Source: Epiperipatus broadwayi
Lineage: Eukaryota > Animalia > Onychophora
Direction of reading: 5' to 3'
Length of the DNA stretch: 64,000 bases
NCBI GenBank assembly: GCA_028023455.1
Contig: JAQFVV010000004.1
Span: forward strand, 14,632,001-14,696,000
The notes beneath the pieces were generated by a model. It was not told where the DNA came from. It saw only the letters and a program-made list of their open reading frames with translations, and ran no database searches. Below, piece after piece: positions 43,179 through 56,399 of the stretch. The translations under genes and the position numbers were made by a program. Position 1 is the stretch's first letter; every line of letters begins with the position of its first letter.

Positions 43179-45641
43179 TATTGTCATAGATGCCATAGGG
43201 AATAACATAAACATACCAAATGTCTATAAAGGTATACTAGATTGCAAATATTGAAAATGTGTTAGGTATATAGAAAGTACTTACTTAAAAAGGAAAAAAC
43301 AGCATTATAGTCAGAAAAGAAAAGAAGAGCCCATTATAAAAAATCCTCAAATGTTGAATGCAGTATTGTAAGATCAACACAAACAATATGAAAACATTGA
43401 AATCATGGAGTTAGCTTGCAATGTTTAAATTACTGTTAAAAAAATAATCAAAGCATTTTATTTCTTAGAAATTTGCATGAAGTTCCAATACCAAAAATTC
43501 CAGAATAGAAATTATCTAAAGAGTTCAAACTCTGACACTACCATAGCATTAAACTGTACAAGGCAATCACTATTAATAACATGACTATGGGACTGTATTC
43601 CAGATCTGTAATAACCATTATGGAAAAAAATACTTGATATCATTAACAAAAAAATGATTGATTTGCAACTTGATATTAAAATGATTTCAAATAATCAAGA
43701 TAATGAAATTCATTAAAAAAATTATCCAGATGTGTTTGCTCATAAACTGGTCAGTATTTAAAATTGTCAGTCTAAATAGAAAGAAAATTAATTAATCACT
43801 CTATCAATAAAATAGATTTGACCATACAAAGGCACAGGTAGACAGCAAATTGATTGCCCAATAGACAACTGCTGATCCTGGAATTGAATTATCAATTAAA
43901 TAGACCTGTTTGGGTTGAACAAATAAAAGATGAAAAGAGATGCATTCAATCAATTGTATATATATGCTGGAGTGCTATAACAAAGTTGTATTGTCCACAG
44001 ATTAAAAATTTGTGATTCCCTTGGAAGCTACTCTTTGTTGCTATAAGATTTACATGCTGGTCACCCAGAGATAAAAGCAAATAAACTTCTAGACAATACA
44101 TCCTAGTAACTTATCTTTGATTTTGATTTTAAAGTTAAGGTCCATCAAGTTTGGCACTATAGGGTAGATCAAAATATACCAAGAAATTAAGACCAATCAT
44201 TACCATCCATTAGGAAAAAATAAAATATACATGAAAATGACAGCATATAGATAAAAATGATAGCATAAAGATGAAAATGATAAAATGGAAATAAGTATCC
44301 ATGTACTGTGAAAATAGAAATACCAAATGGCTTCTGCAACAGTTACAGAATCAAACAGTCTATGTACAGAAGTTGTCTAAAATTCTTTTTGAACAAGATC
44401 ACAAGATCAGTTGAAATGTGAATACAAAACCATATAGAGATTAAAAACAACCATATCAAGCACAACATATTTTTGAAAAACCTACAAAAAACCAGATCAG
44501 CTGTGAATTCAAACTAGACAATAATAAAACTGCACCAAACAATGTTAAAATCAGATCAAAAAAAAAAAAAGAGAGAATATCCTAGATATTCATAAGTTTA
44601 TCTCAAAAATTATTTACTCCAAAGTCAACTTCAGCCAGGGAGAAGGAATTTTGTGGATCCATTAATAATAGACTTATCCAAACAATAAAGTCTTTTAAAT
44701 CAGAACCAAAATACAATAAAGCTTACTAATAAAACAACAATAACATAAATAAACAGTAAATGGCACAAACAGAAACAATCAAATAAATAAGTCAGTAAAT
44801 ATGATTATTCATAACAAGATAGAAAAATTAGTTGTAAAGTTAAAATCCATTTAAGAGAAAATGCATGTTACGGCTACTGATTACATTAATACATCTAAAA
44901 TAATTCTGATAATAACACATTTTGCGTATTATTTGCAGAATATAGTCAAGCACACTCAAGTTTATGTCAGAAAGTTGCTCAAGGCAAATACTCTTAGACC
45001 TTTCATGAAAGAACCTAACATATTAGAAAATATTAATTTATTAGAATGAATCAGAGCATTCCCTTGCCTATTGATTCTTATTAGAAACAACTATGCATTT
45101 GTAAAACCACCAATAGGTGGTAAACTCTTATAATTGTTATGATTATATAATTACTGTAAATAGATGCAATAAATGTTTTTAATGTTACTTTAATGGTATC
45201 TCAATTATTTATTACTTGCAACATTATATTTGGCAATAAAATATATGCATACAACATTGTTATTTTGCATTGTATTATTTAATGTATATTATTTTAATTT
45301 CACACGCAATACTTATATCTATATTTAATATCTTATTAATATTTTAGGCCACTTGTCCATTATTCGGGATCGGGAAATCTCGATTTCACAATGTGGACTG
45401 CATCTATTATGGTGTATATGTAAGTATGTTGTATTTATATATTCATTTATTAATATAGTTGTGAATACATGTTTTTACTTTATATAGCTAACAAAAATTA
45501 TTTTGAATTTTTTAATTAAAAAATAATTGATTATATATATATATTAATGAGGATTAAAGAATTAACCAAAAGTACTTCTGCAGATTGAAAGACTGTATAT
45601 AAAAGTTAATTACTATTATATTTATTATTTTTATTATTAAA

Positions 45642-45720
<79 letters not shown>

Positions 45721-45752
45721 ATATCTATATATCTATCTATCTATCTGTCTAT
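45642..45752. repeat. (TATC)n microsatellite
   Basis: Directly visible. Confidence 0.97.
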
Positions 45753-48450
45753 ATACATAATATTGCAACTGAATTACACCTAGTAATGATTATATGATGT
45801 CACCTTACCCCAGGAATGATTATTTGTTCATTCGATGTCTAGAAGGTAACCCTAAATAAGGTGGGGTGACCATAATCTTAAAATTTAATGTGATTCGATC
45901 TTAGCTGAAAATGATGGCCAGCTCAGACTGAAACTTATATCAAGAACTAATCTCAGGGTGAATCTCAGTCATATTTGTTAATCATTATCTCTCTCACATA
46001 TATGTTAATCTAATAGATATGAGTTTTAATTAGCTCTATCAAAGCAGTTACATCATAACTTAAGCTAAATCTTAAACCTAAACCAAATACTTGTCTGATG
46101 GATGAAATGAGGCTATTTAACAGTAACAGTTTTCTTAGATGCTCATATTTTCAAATATACATAATCAATAAAATTATTTTAGAATGGATCTGTCAAATTA
46201 ATCAAGTGTAATATGACTTCATTCATTTTACTTAAATTCTTTAGTTCCTCTCAACTTGATTGATTTTCTGGCTCCAGGATTAATAATAAAAGAATAACAA
46301 TCTTATAATACAGAAAATAAATGGGTTTTTTTTATCAATGGAGTTAGATTAATATCAAAAATGCAATTTAAAAAGTCTCTTAATAAAATTAGATCCATTT
46401 GGCTGACTGTTGGAAAAGTTAATAATTATTCAAATATGAATCAATGAAATTGATCTTATCAAATTTTGTTGAATTCAAATTTGATATAATCTTTTTCTTT
46501 CAGTATTTAAGATGTTTGATATCTCAATTTAGTGTTCAAGAGTTTCTATTGCTGATGTAACTTAAGTTGTTTTCTTAATATGATTTTATGTAATTTTCAG
46601 CATATTTAAGAACATCAAGTAGATGTTTTATATGTTATTTTTCCTCCATGGTACACATACTAATTTTTGGTCAATAATTTATTTCATTTTTATCAAGCAT
46701 TATAGCAATGACAGATAATCCTGACAATGGTGGATATTAACTAGGCATCTATTTTAACAATTCTTTAAGCATTCCACTGTAATATTAGGCTACCTCTTAA
46801 AAAATATGAGGAAACATCTAGGCATGATATTTACTCCTCTCATTAACTTGAATGATAGGGGAAATGCCTTCAAAATTCTAATGGTCAGTGAATAAAACAA
46901 TAAAAAAATTAACTTTTTATAACCAAATCTTCCATTGTGATCTAACGTCACCTTTTATTAATTAACACTGGAATTCAAAAATACTTAATTTTTATTTTGC
47001 GATGATAACAACAAGTAGAAAAAATTTCTTTAATTTCTTATATTATAACTAAATAAAACAGACAAAATAAAATATATTTTAAAATTGACATTCATAACAA
47101 ATATTTTAATCTGTTTTAATTTATGACTTTAATTTTTTAGTTTATAATTAAATTAAAATTTTATCTAATTATCTTTTTGTTTTAACTATCCTTAAGTTTT
47201 GCTTTTTTTAATTAATTATTTTATTATCAAAAGTTACAAAGAACGAAATCATATTTCTATTAAAGTTAACTTTATTATCCCTTTCTGGGTTTCCCTTTCT
47301 TTTTGATTAATTCTTTTATTTTACACAGTTTAAAAGTTGTAAACATACAACAGACACTTTTCTTTTTTTTTTTTAAGATATTAATAATAGCTAAGGTATT
47401 ATTAAAACTTAACTTTACTGTCTCTCAATTTTATATTTATTTATTGGGTTATATATGTAACTCATGACAAAGAGATTACAACATGCATATTTATACACCC
47501 CAGCAAAACAAAAGACTGAATACAGATCGATCTTTTTTGTTCATGAACGCATCGTGGGTCACACGTTTTTTCCATCCAAAGGGAAGATAAGAAAATGAAA
47601 TAAAAAGAGGCATGGGCAATTGTAAAGGATCCACATTACATCAAAAAAAGGATTCATGTGTGACATTGACTGGAAAAAAGAATATCTAATTGCTTTATTT
47701 GTATATTGTACTTTATTTATATATTACATCACGTCAATTGTATAAACACACCTGCACTGCATAACTTTATTCAGCACTGTGATTCTGACAGTGTTTTTCC
47801 AAAAGCTATCTTGGCGTTTAATTAGTTTATATTTATTATACCATTATATCAGAACTCAAAGTCAGTGAGTGCTTAAGAATAACATATATCTTTTTAAAAA
47901 GGCAGTGCAAAACAAAACACTCAATTCATGATTCCCCCACAATCCCTAAAATGAGGCAATGAAGAAAAGGATTTAGTCAATAGGCTTGCAAACAGCAGGG
48001 TGGTAAAAGTTTTTAGAGTTTTCCATTCCCTCTTTTACTTAAGAATACTTCAGAATAACCAATTACTCATTACTTATTTTTAGTCAATAATTTAATAGTT
48101 ATGATTAAATATTAAATCATACCTAAAAAAATACTAACCCTATTTAAAAACCCAGAAAAATTTTGACTTCCCTGAGCCTGAATATGATTACCAGATTATG
48201 ATCATGGTATATGGATATATATAAGAGCCTAATAATTTATCCATATATATATATTATTGTGATGATCATAAATTGAGTCACAATATTGATGCAAGAAATA
48301 AAACGAATTATATAAAATTATTCAGGAAATGAAGCTAGGGTATTGATTAAAAATAAAGCTTTTGATGTTATGATATCATGATCAACAAAAAAATTTAAAC
48401 AAGATAACACTAATTTATTATATGTAATAGTCTATCTCTCTCTATATATA

Positions 48451-49094
48451 TATGAAAAAGAAAAACAAGTTTTATATACGTAAAACCTGCTATCGCTTGT
48501 ATTAATTATCAATAGATGGAGCTTTACCAAGACCTCCAAACAAGTGTATTCTGTTTACGTAAACATCAGAGTCAATATTCACTGTCTCTTTCATTTTGCT
48601 CCACCCTCAGATCAGCTGATTTTAAGCTGATTTGCTCTCATCAGTGAAGGGATAGGAGTTATAAAACTAGACCTAAACACTAACTCCAAGCGTTTATGCA
48701 AAACGTTTCTATCAGTTTGCAAGCATGAATTTTTTAGACACGTTAATGTCTTCAAACTCAGCCTATCAAACTAGATAGCTATATGGGTCTGATATCAGTT
48801 CAGTTTAGTGGAAGTTTCTGCAATCTATATCATTGCAAGAAAACTTTAAAGGTACATTTATGAAAAAGAAAAACAAGTTTTATATACGTAAAACCTGCTA
48901 TCGCTTGTATTAATGATCAATAGATGGAGCTTTACTAAGACCTCCAAACAAGCGTATTCTGTTTACATAAACGTCAGAGTCAATATTCACTGTCTCTTTC
49001 ATTTTGCTCCACCCTCAGATCAGCTGATTTGCTCTCATCAGTGAAGGGATAGGAGTTATAAAACTAGACCTAAACACTAACTCCAAGCGTTTAT
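48451..49094 (-). mobile_element. partial tandem (about 1.6 copies) of a 408-bp hammerhead-bearing unit inserted in a TA run
   Basis: 48451-48697 repeats at 48859-49094 (11-bp deletion in the second copy); hammerheads at 48604 and 49012. Confidence 0.85.
48604..48651 (-). ncRNA. type I hammerhead ribozyme, CpG-decayed
   Basis: Reverse complement: cccttca CTGATGA gagc aaatca gctt AAAA tcagctg ATC tgaggg; stem I 6 bp, palindromic stem III; GCTCGAAA appears to have decayed to GCTTAAAA. Confidence 0.7.
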
Positions 49095-51524
49095 ATATAT
49101 ATATCAGTGATAATTTCTGGTGCTCATTTATTTTATTAGAGAATTTTGATTCCATAAGAAAAATCAAAAGAGGAAAATATATGTGATTTTCACAACTATT
49201 CATGGCTAAAAACAAAACAACTTTAATATATAATATTTTATACACATTTCAAAATATAAAAAGTTTGTGGTGTATTACTTGCAAAGTCTCTGAGCTAAAA
49301 GTTGACCTTTCAATACAGAAGTCAAAGAGATTAGCCTTCACAAATATACATTATTGTATTTTGTAGCAGTAAGTTTGATCAATAAAATAATATAATTATC
49401 ATTATATATGCTTATGGCTGATGAAATGATAAACTTAATTTTGTTAAAGCTTGAATATTGAAAACACATTTACCCTAAAGTTACACATTTTTTATTTGTA
49501 TAAAATCAAGAGTATATAAAAAATTTCAATTTAATAAAAACCAGTTTGTTATTTTTGAATCAACAGCTGATCAAATAAGGTGAAAAGTCAAACATGTTTT
49601 TGAAAAAAATATCCTACGCTGATTAGTAAATTAGCTTCCGAGTTTTGAAAACATGTTTTTGCCCAATAAGCACTTGACAATATATGAAGACTATTTAAAG
49701 CAGTTTAAAGATGATGTGGACTTACTTTATTCAGTCATGTCAAAAGTTAAATCTTCAATTATTTAGTATTCTACCCTGATACTTTGGCCAGAAAATGAAT
49801 TCAGCCCAAAAAGAGATCAACAATTTTCATTGGCCAATTCTAGAAGTAAATTCTGATAGCATCAACAGGTAAAAATCTTGCAGTTCATTGCAAATAAATA
49901 ACAAAGCAAACTTCCAGTGTGGTAGAACACTTTTCTGTATATTTTCCAACTGCAATTACGATAATTTGCATATGTGCATACAACTTTCCCAGCATGTTCA
50001 GATTAAAGCTGCAGGTTCTAAGCAGAAAAAAATGGATGACCTGAAAAAACCCTATGATGTTGTAGTCTTTTATCTACTAAACCACTGAATAAATTAATCT
50101 TGCTCAGAATTGATCTGCTTTGATATCCAGATGTTTATTACCATAATCTAATTAATGTAGCCAACTTGTAACTATATTGATAGATAAACTATGCCTGAAT
50201 CTGTAGATAAACATTCTAAAAATGTGATATGTGATAAAAGAATCAAATCTATCATCACAAACTAAATAGCTATATCCACATGCTCCAATGTTAAATAAAT
50301 TTTACTTTAGTATTAAGAAATTTATTTAAATTAAAGTTTCAATTTTAACTGATTTATAATGTTGAAATCTTATATTCTTTAATATTTATGAAGTTAATCA
50401 TTTTTTAAAATTAATTTTAAACTCTTTTGTGTTTCTCTCTTTTTCCTTCTCATATATACAGTAGTACATTTTAAATTGCATAGAAAATATATTGTTTCAT
50501 TTTTTCCAAACAAATATAGTATTGAAACACATTAAATTTAGATTGAGGGTCAAGCACATTCAAATATTTAGTTGTGCTTTATTTTATCAAAGCTAATATC
50601 AATTTATTATGTAACTTGAATAATATTAACAGAGTTCAAATTATTATTCTCTATTAGATCTTCTTGTATTCAAAATATGTTCAAAACCTTCAACAATCCA
50701 TAAAAAATATAATACAAAAGATTATTATAAAGTAAAATAAATATTTTTAATAAAAATAAACTATCAAAGAGATAACAATTATGAAAATCTCACTCATAAT
50801 ATACAATTAAATACAGAATTGATTTTTATTCTTTTATGAAATTAAAGTAAAATTTTATCTAAAAGGCTTCTTTTCAAAATAGAGTCATTTGATAAAGTAG
50901 CATCTAATTGTAGATGAATTTCTTCCGAAAACCTTTAAAACAATCTCTAAACCATAACAATAGTTTAATTTTTTGTTAACAATTTTTATAGAGTTGTGTG
51001 CTTGTGATACCATTTAATATCCAATTTAAAATGTTCTTAAAATTTTCCAGAAACTTTGATGAATCCTCTCAGATTATTTTTGAAAACATTAAATTATGGC
51101 TAAAACATTGTTAAGGTAAACTTTTCATTTTACATTAAATTCAGGTTACATTGTAGATACGTTCATAAAATATTTACCAGCAAATAAAAGCAATTTCAGG
51201 ATATTATTTAGAATTGTGAATATACAATTAAAGAAAGAGGTTATTCATCCATGACTTCTGTTTTATCCAACTAATATTTCAATTATTATTTGGTTGTCAA
51301 CAAGTTGGTGCTTTATGGTCTTTAAACCAAATGTAAATCAGCCTTTTATTTTCCCATATGAATATATTTTCAATCTAACTAACTCAATAGAAAAATCTGT
51401 GAAAAATAATTTACACATTCAACATACAAATACTCTCTAAGTTGACACATAATCTCTCACAAACTCCAAAACATTAACTAAATAAAAGATTTTCTACTTT
51501 TGTATACTTTTTTATAATAATTAA

Positions 51525-51975
51525 TGCAAGTGTGTGTAAGCCTGTACAGTATATTAATTTGCATATTAAAACATAGTGCTTTAAAGGTCTGCTCGTCCCT
51601 CGCATATGTATGTAAATGAATTATTCTCCAGTACATGAGGGGTCAGAATGACTAAATGGTCAACATAGGTAGGATGACAATCTTGGGCACTAATGAGGGC
51701 TTTGAATGTTCCATCATCAGATTTTTAATGAAATGGATGGCTGAATAGTTGTGGGTTGGAGTAGTTTGAAACCTGTCAATTAATGTATAAAGATTGACTA
51801 TCTTAATATAAAGCTGAGCACTGATTGTATATATGTGTGGAGATAGTAATCTAGATGGATCAGCAATATGAGATGGCATGGAGAGTTGAGGGTCATGGGA
51901 AAGTCTGAGTTCGAATCCCTTATATATTACATTATATATGTGCAGGTGTGTGTAGCCTGTACAGTGTATTAATTT
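51525..51975 (+). mobile_element. family C copy C5 with ~36-bp terminal direct repeats, hammerhead deleted
   Basis: Repeats at 51525-51560 and 51941-51975; body matches the reverse complement of C6 except for a ~74-bp gap. Confidence 0.8.
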
Positions 51976-52158
51976 ATAATAATTAATGAAATAAATCTGC
52001 CAGTAATTAACAAATAACAACATGTAACAATAGATTATAAACTAACTTTATATTCTCTTGCACTTTTTTAATACCTTATATGGAAAATCAAAACAGTTTT
52101 AGATTGTTTTCACTTCCAAATTTCAAATCATGATTAAAAACTTAATCCTCTGTTTTGA

Positions 52159-52566
52159 ATGTGGGATTCGAACTCAGACTTTCACATGACCCTCAATTCT
52201 CCTTGCCATCTCATATTGCTGACCCACCTGATTACACACATGTTGAAAAGATAATTACGAATATATGTATTTGGTGCTAAACCAGCACTCATCAGATAGT
52301 CCAGATTACTATCTCCACACATATATATAATCAGTGCTCAGCTTTATATTAAGATAGCCAATCTTCATACTTTAATGGACAGGCTTCAAACCAGAACTCA
52401 TCAGTTGGTCCAGATTACTATCTCCACACATATATACAATCAGTGCTCAGCTTTATATTAAGATAAACAATCTTCATACTTTAATGGACAGGCTTCAAAC
52501 TACTCCAACTCACAACTCTTTCGCCTTCCATTTCATTAAAAATCTGATGATGGAACGTTCAAAGCA
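52159..52566 (-). mobile_element. family C copy C6 with internal ~108-bp tandem duplication and 9-bp TSD
   Basis: ctgttttga at 52150-52158 and 52567-52575; hammerhead at 52257-52302 (G12>C) and a duplicated half-hammerhead at 52388-52411. Confidence 0.88.
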
Positions 52567-54266
52567 CTGTTTTGAGAAATATTTGCAAAATAATAATAAT
52601 AATGCAGTTGATAATGGAAGTGTTTAAACATTTTTTTAGTTATTACGTTTGAATTGAAATTATACAAATTAGAATTATAAAAAAGAATGATTTTAAAAAT
52701 TAAAAAACATTTGAAAAATATTATTATATATTTTTTATTAAATTGCTGTTTGAAACTTTTAAACTTTCTTACATTTATTTCAACGTGCTCCCCGCGCAAG
52801 TAATTTAAAGTATCTGTGTGTGTGTGTGTGTGTGTGTATATGTGATGTTTGGGTTTTTCAATTTATATTGAATTTAAATAAAGGTTAATCTTGACTAAAT
52901 AATTTACTTCCTCAATTTCTTTCTTTTTAAACTAACTTCAAGTAAGTTATTCATTCTTTCTCTGCTTCATTCCCGCAAATCACCATGGATGTCCATACAG
53001 TTATCATTTTAATATACATACACGAAAGGCATTATGATATATAGGTAATACACTGTATATATTATAACTATAATTTGATTCGAATCTGTAAGTAAACACT
53101 TTTAAGCAAGCGTAATTTTTTTCTTTCAAGTAGCCGTCTCCCATAACCAATTCAGTTAATATTTGTCAGTGGATGGTTATGCAGCTATTCTTATACCCAA
53201 CAATGGGCAAATCTGATGAGAACTGTCTTCTATTTCATTATTTTTTTATGTAGGGCTGTGGAAGAGATGTTTGTTTTGCTTTTCACCTATGCAATATATA
53301 CGTATAATACCACATACATTTTTATTTGCCGTCTAAAAAATAAGATTTTTTAAAATTTAATATATATTTGCTGTCTCTATTTTTTAGCCGCTTAAGTTAG
53401 TCATACAGTGCTCCTATATATAAATAGCTACTTGACAATTAAATTTTCAATCCATTATGGGAATTAATGAATTTCCTCATCAGAAGAAAACATTGAAGAG
53501 CTAGCTACTTTGAAAATCTAAATAACTTCTTTAATCTCGAAGCCATATCAATCTTTCAACGTTGTTGAAAGCTACCTGAAGTTCCTTTATTTCCCAAAGT
53601 AAAGTTGAAAAAGCTTCTGTAATTAACAGTTACTTTCTTCATTTATAAAATCCCTTTAAAACCCAATCAAGTGAAAATGGTGAAAACTAACGTCAATGAT
53701 TAACATAGAAAGACGAGCCAGCGTTGAAAGAACTTTTTTTTGTGCATACTTATTTAAACGGTTAAATAAATGTTTTAAGTAGATTTTTATCAAGAATAGA
53801 TCAGTTTTAAAAAATTAGAATTGTAAAAGTGTGAAATGTAAATAAAGTTGTCTGTCTGCTTTTAAACTTTATTAATATTATATATATATGTGATTATATG
53901 TTTGTGTAGATGCAAAAAAGCACAAAGAAATATATTATTAGCTGACGTTTGATTATTTTCTAAAACGTTTAATATACAAGCAAGATAAGTTTATAATGTT
54001 CACTCTATATACTAATGTCGTCATCATCATGTGATTTCTTCCATGGAACATCAAAATAGTTCATTTACTCGTGAGGTGAATTCACAGCCTGGTGAGTTTG
54101 CATTCGCCTTTGCCTCTGAATTTTAAACCAAATAAAGACAGTGGGGTTTTTTTCAGAATTCTGATAAATCCCTAAAAATAAAGGATTAATTAAAGTTTTT
54201 TAAAAAAAATTAGTATATATATATGGTAGAATACTGTATAAACATTAACTTTATATACACACGCAT

Positions 54267-54384
54267 AAGCGTTGTTAGCCGAGAGGTCATCGCAGCCGCC
54301 TTGCAAGCAAGTAGTGGGATGCAGACTGTTGTGGGTTCGCGTCCCGGCCGATGCTATGACATATGAGAAAAAAATAATAATAAC
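54267..54384 (+). mobile_element. tRNA-derived SINE copy S4
   Basis: Least decayed copy: TAGCCGAGAGG A box, GGTTCGCGTCC B-box variant, A/(AAT) tail. Confidence 0.88.
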
Positions 54385-56399
54385 GTACATTTGTTGATGA
54401 TTTTTATTAATCTCTTTACAAATGTAAATCATTTCACACGAAGCAAAACTCATAATTAAATGGGACATAATCAGATTTTGTAAAGCTAAAAATGGTTGAG
54501 ACAATTGATTTCAAAAGTGATATGTACTTACTTTACTATAAGAGGCAAACATTAAAAGCTCAAGTGGAACATAATTTATTATATATAATTTTAAAAATCG
54601 CACTGTAATAGTTGTCAGTATATTAACAAAGTATCAAAATTTAGTTATTCAATTTAATGGGATAAACTAAAGGCAAATAATTTAGATTTATATATTCTAG
54701 CAGTTAAATAAAAGCCTTATATTATGCATAGAATTATTTTGAAAGAACAAATAACATTTTCAATTTGTTGAGAATGATTTCAGTATTATAATTGGAAAAT
54801 GTCTAAGAGGCAAATATGCTGTAAAATATATATCAAAAAGTTTGCACTTTAAGTAGAAATAATATTTGCACAAGATCTAAATATTGGGATTATTAACTCT
54901 TCCGAATTATATTTTTAGCACTCTTGGAAAGCTGTTGTTTTTCTTGCTCTTTTACTTTCAAACGAAATAAAAATTATTTTCCATTATAACTATTTATTTT
55001 ATAGTTTAGCAAAATCATAAGTTAAAACCAATTGTAATATTAACTTTGAAAATACATAAAGAGAACAATAAATAGAATACAATAACTCAAATGAAAATCT
55101 TTTATTAGTGATAACAAAATGAGATGGGTTTGGTTTGATATCACATAAATATTTATTTCAATAACTTTTGTGTAAAAGCTATTGTATTAAAAAAACTATA
55201 ATATAAATATTACTTAATTAAAGAGAAATAAATCATAAGTTTACTCAAAAGTGATAAACAATTGAAGAAAGTAGACTGAAAATTCATTTGTTATGTAATA
55301 GAAGACAATGCTAGATGTGTGCACTGGCTATTGCGGTTTATTTAATGAGACTGCATTTTTTTTGTTTATTCTTTAATTTTTCATAAAAAAATAGTGGGAT
55401 CTACCAATAAAATCTGAATTTTTAATAAACTGTAAATACAACTTTTAGCATCTTTTTTTTTCTCCCCCTATAATAGAGTTATGCTTTCATCTTCTACATT
55501 TGGTTACCTAGTGACTGGTTTGACATTAGGTTGTTACCATGTTTACTAGTCAAAATATCATATAATGACATACAATATATTGACATGGGATTTATTATTT
55601 GTATACATATACATTAGTATGATTTCTTTTTAATCAGGGTTTTTATCTTTTTAATAGATAAGTGAAACTAATCTATCCTCATATTTGTTTAATATAGTGA
55701 AAAATAAATGTTTGTTGAGTCTATATCTATATGTGTGGTTTATTTACACCTTAAAGTAAAAATGCATGTTTAACCACCTATTAACTAAATTTACATTATA
55801 AATGAATTTGATTGGTCATGAGAGTGAACAAAGGTTGGATTGTAAGCCACTTTTACAACTCCCCTATCATTACAAGGTTAAAATTTTAAACTATGATTAA
55901 AATTTCAACACTTACTCAGTCTATGCCTTTGGTTTAGTGTTAGAATGTCTGTTCATAAAGAAGTGTTATAAAACCTATTCTAATTTCTACTGTTTCTTCA
56001 CTATATCCCTATTTCTTTTTAGATTCTTGCATCATAGTAAAAGATTTATATATGGACCTTTTTTCTATTATTATGATGGTTGTATGGTATGAGATTAATC
56101 AGTAATGTGTCCCTATTACAGATGGCACATAGACAAACTTGTTAGCCATAACCCTGCTCTTTTTTAAGGCTTATTTAGTTTTCTAAGAACTGATAAATAT
56201 TGAAACATGCACAATTCCATGTGAATCAGCTCCTAAGTCTTGGCTGACTCTAAAGAATTCCAGTAATTGCTTTTGCAACTATCTGGGTATACTCTCATTC
56301 TATATTAATGACCCTATTATTATTTTTTGTTATCTCATTTCCTTTTTAAACTCTAATTGAAACTTATGTCTATCCTTTCTTGCTTCTCAGTTAAACTGC

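Larger units (their letters stand above)
41800..44150 (+). mobile_element. second degraded Gypsy element (gag, protease, RT start, integrase HHCC region), split by family A insertions
   Basis: FGINDQQL gag segment similar to 16500 region, knuckle remnant ~43220, YPDVFAHKL, LHAGHPEIKANKLL.QY integrase Zn-domain remnant. Confidence 0.7.

Noticed and set aside
51652-52023. 123-aa minus-strand ORF
   Set aside because: Lies across non-coding family C repeat sequence; no domain similarity.
54269-54354. SINE copies as functional tRNA-Ala genes
   Set aside because: Mismatched anticodon, D and T stems, non-canonical T loop, A/TA tails and four diverged copies indicate a SINE.
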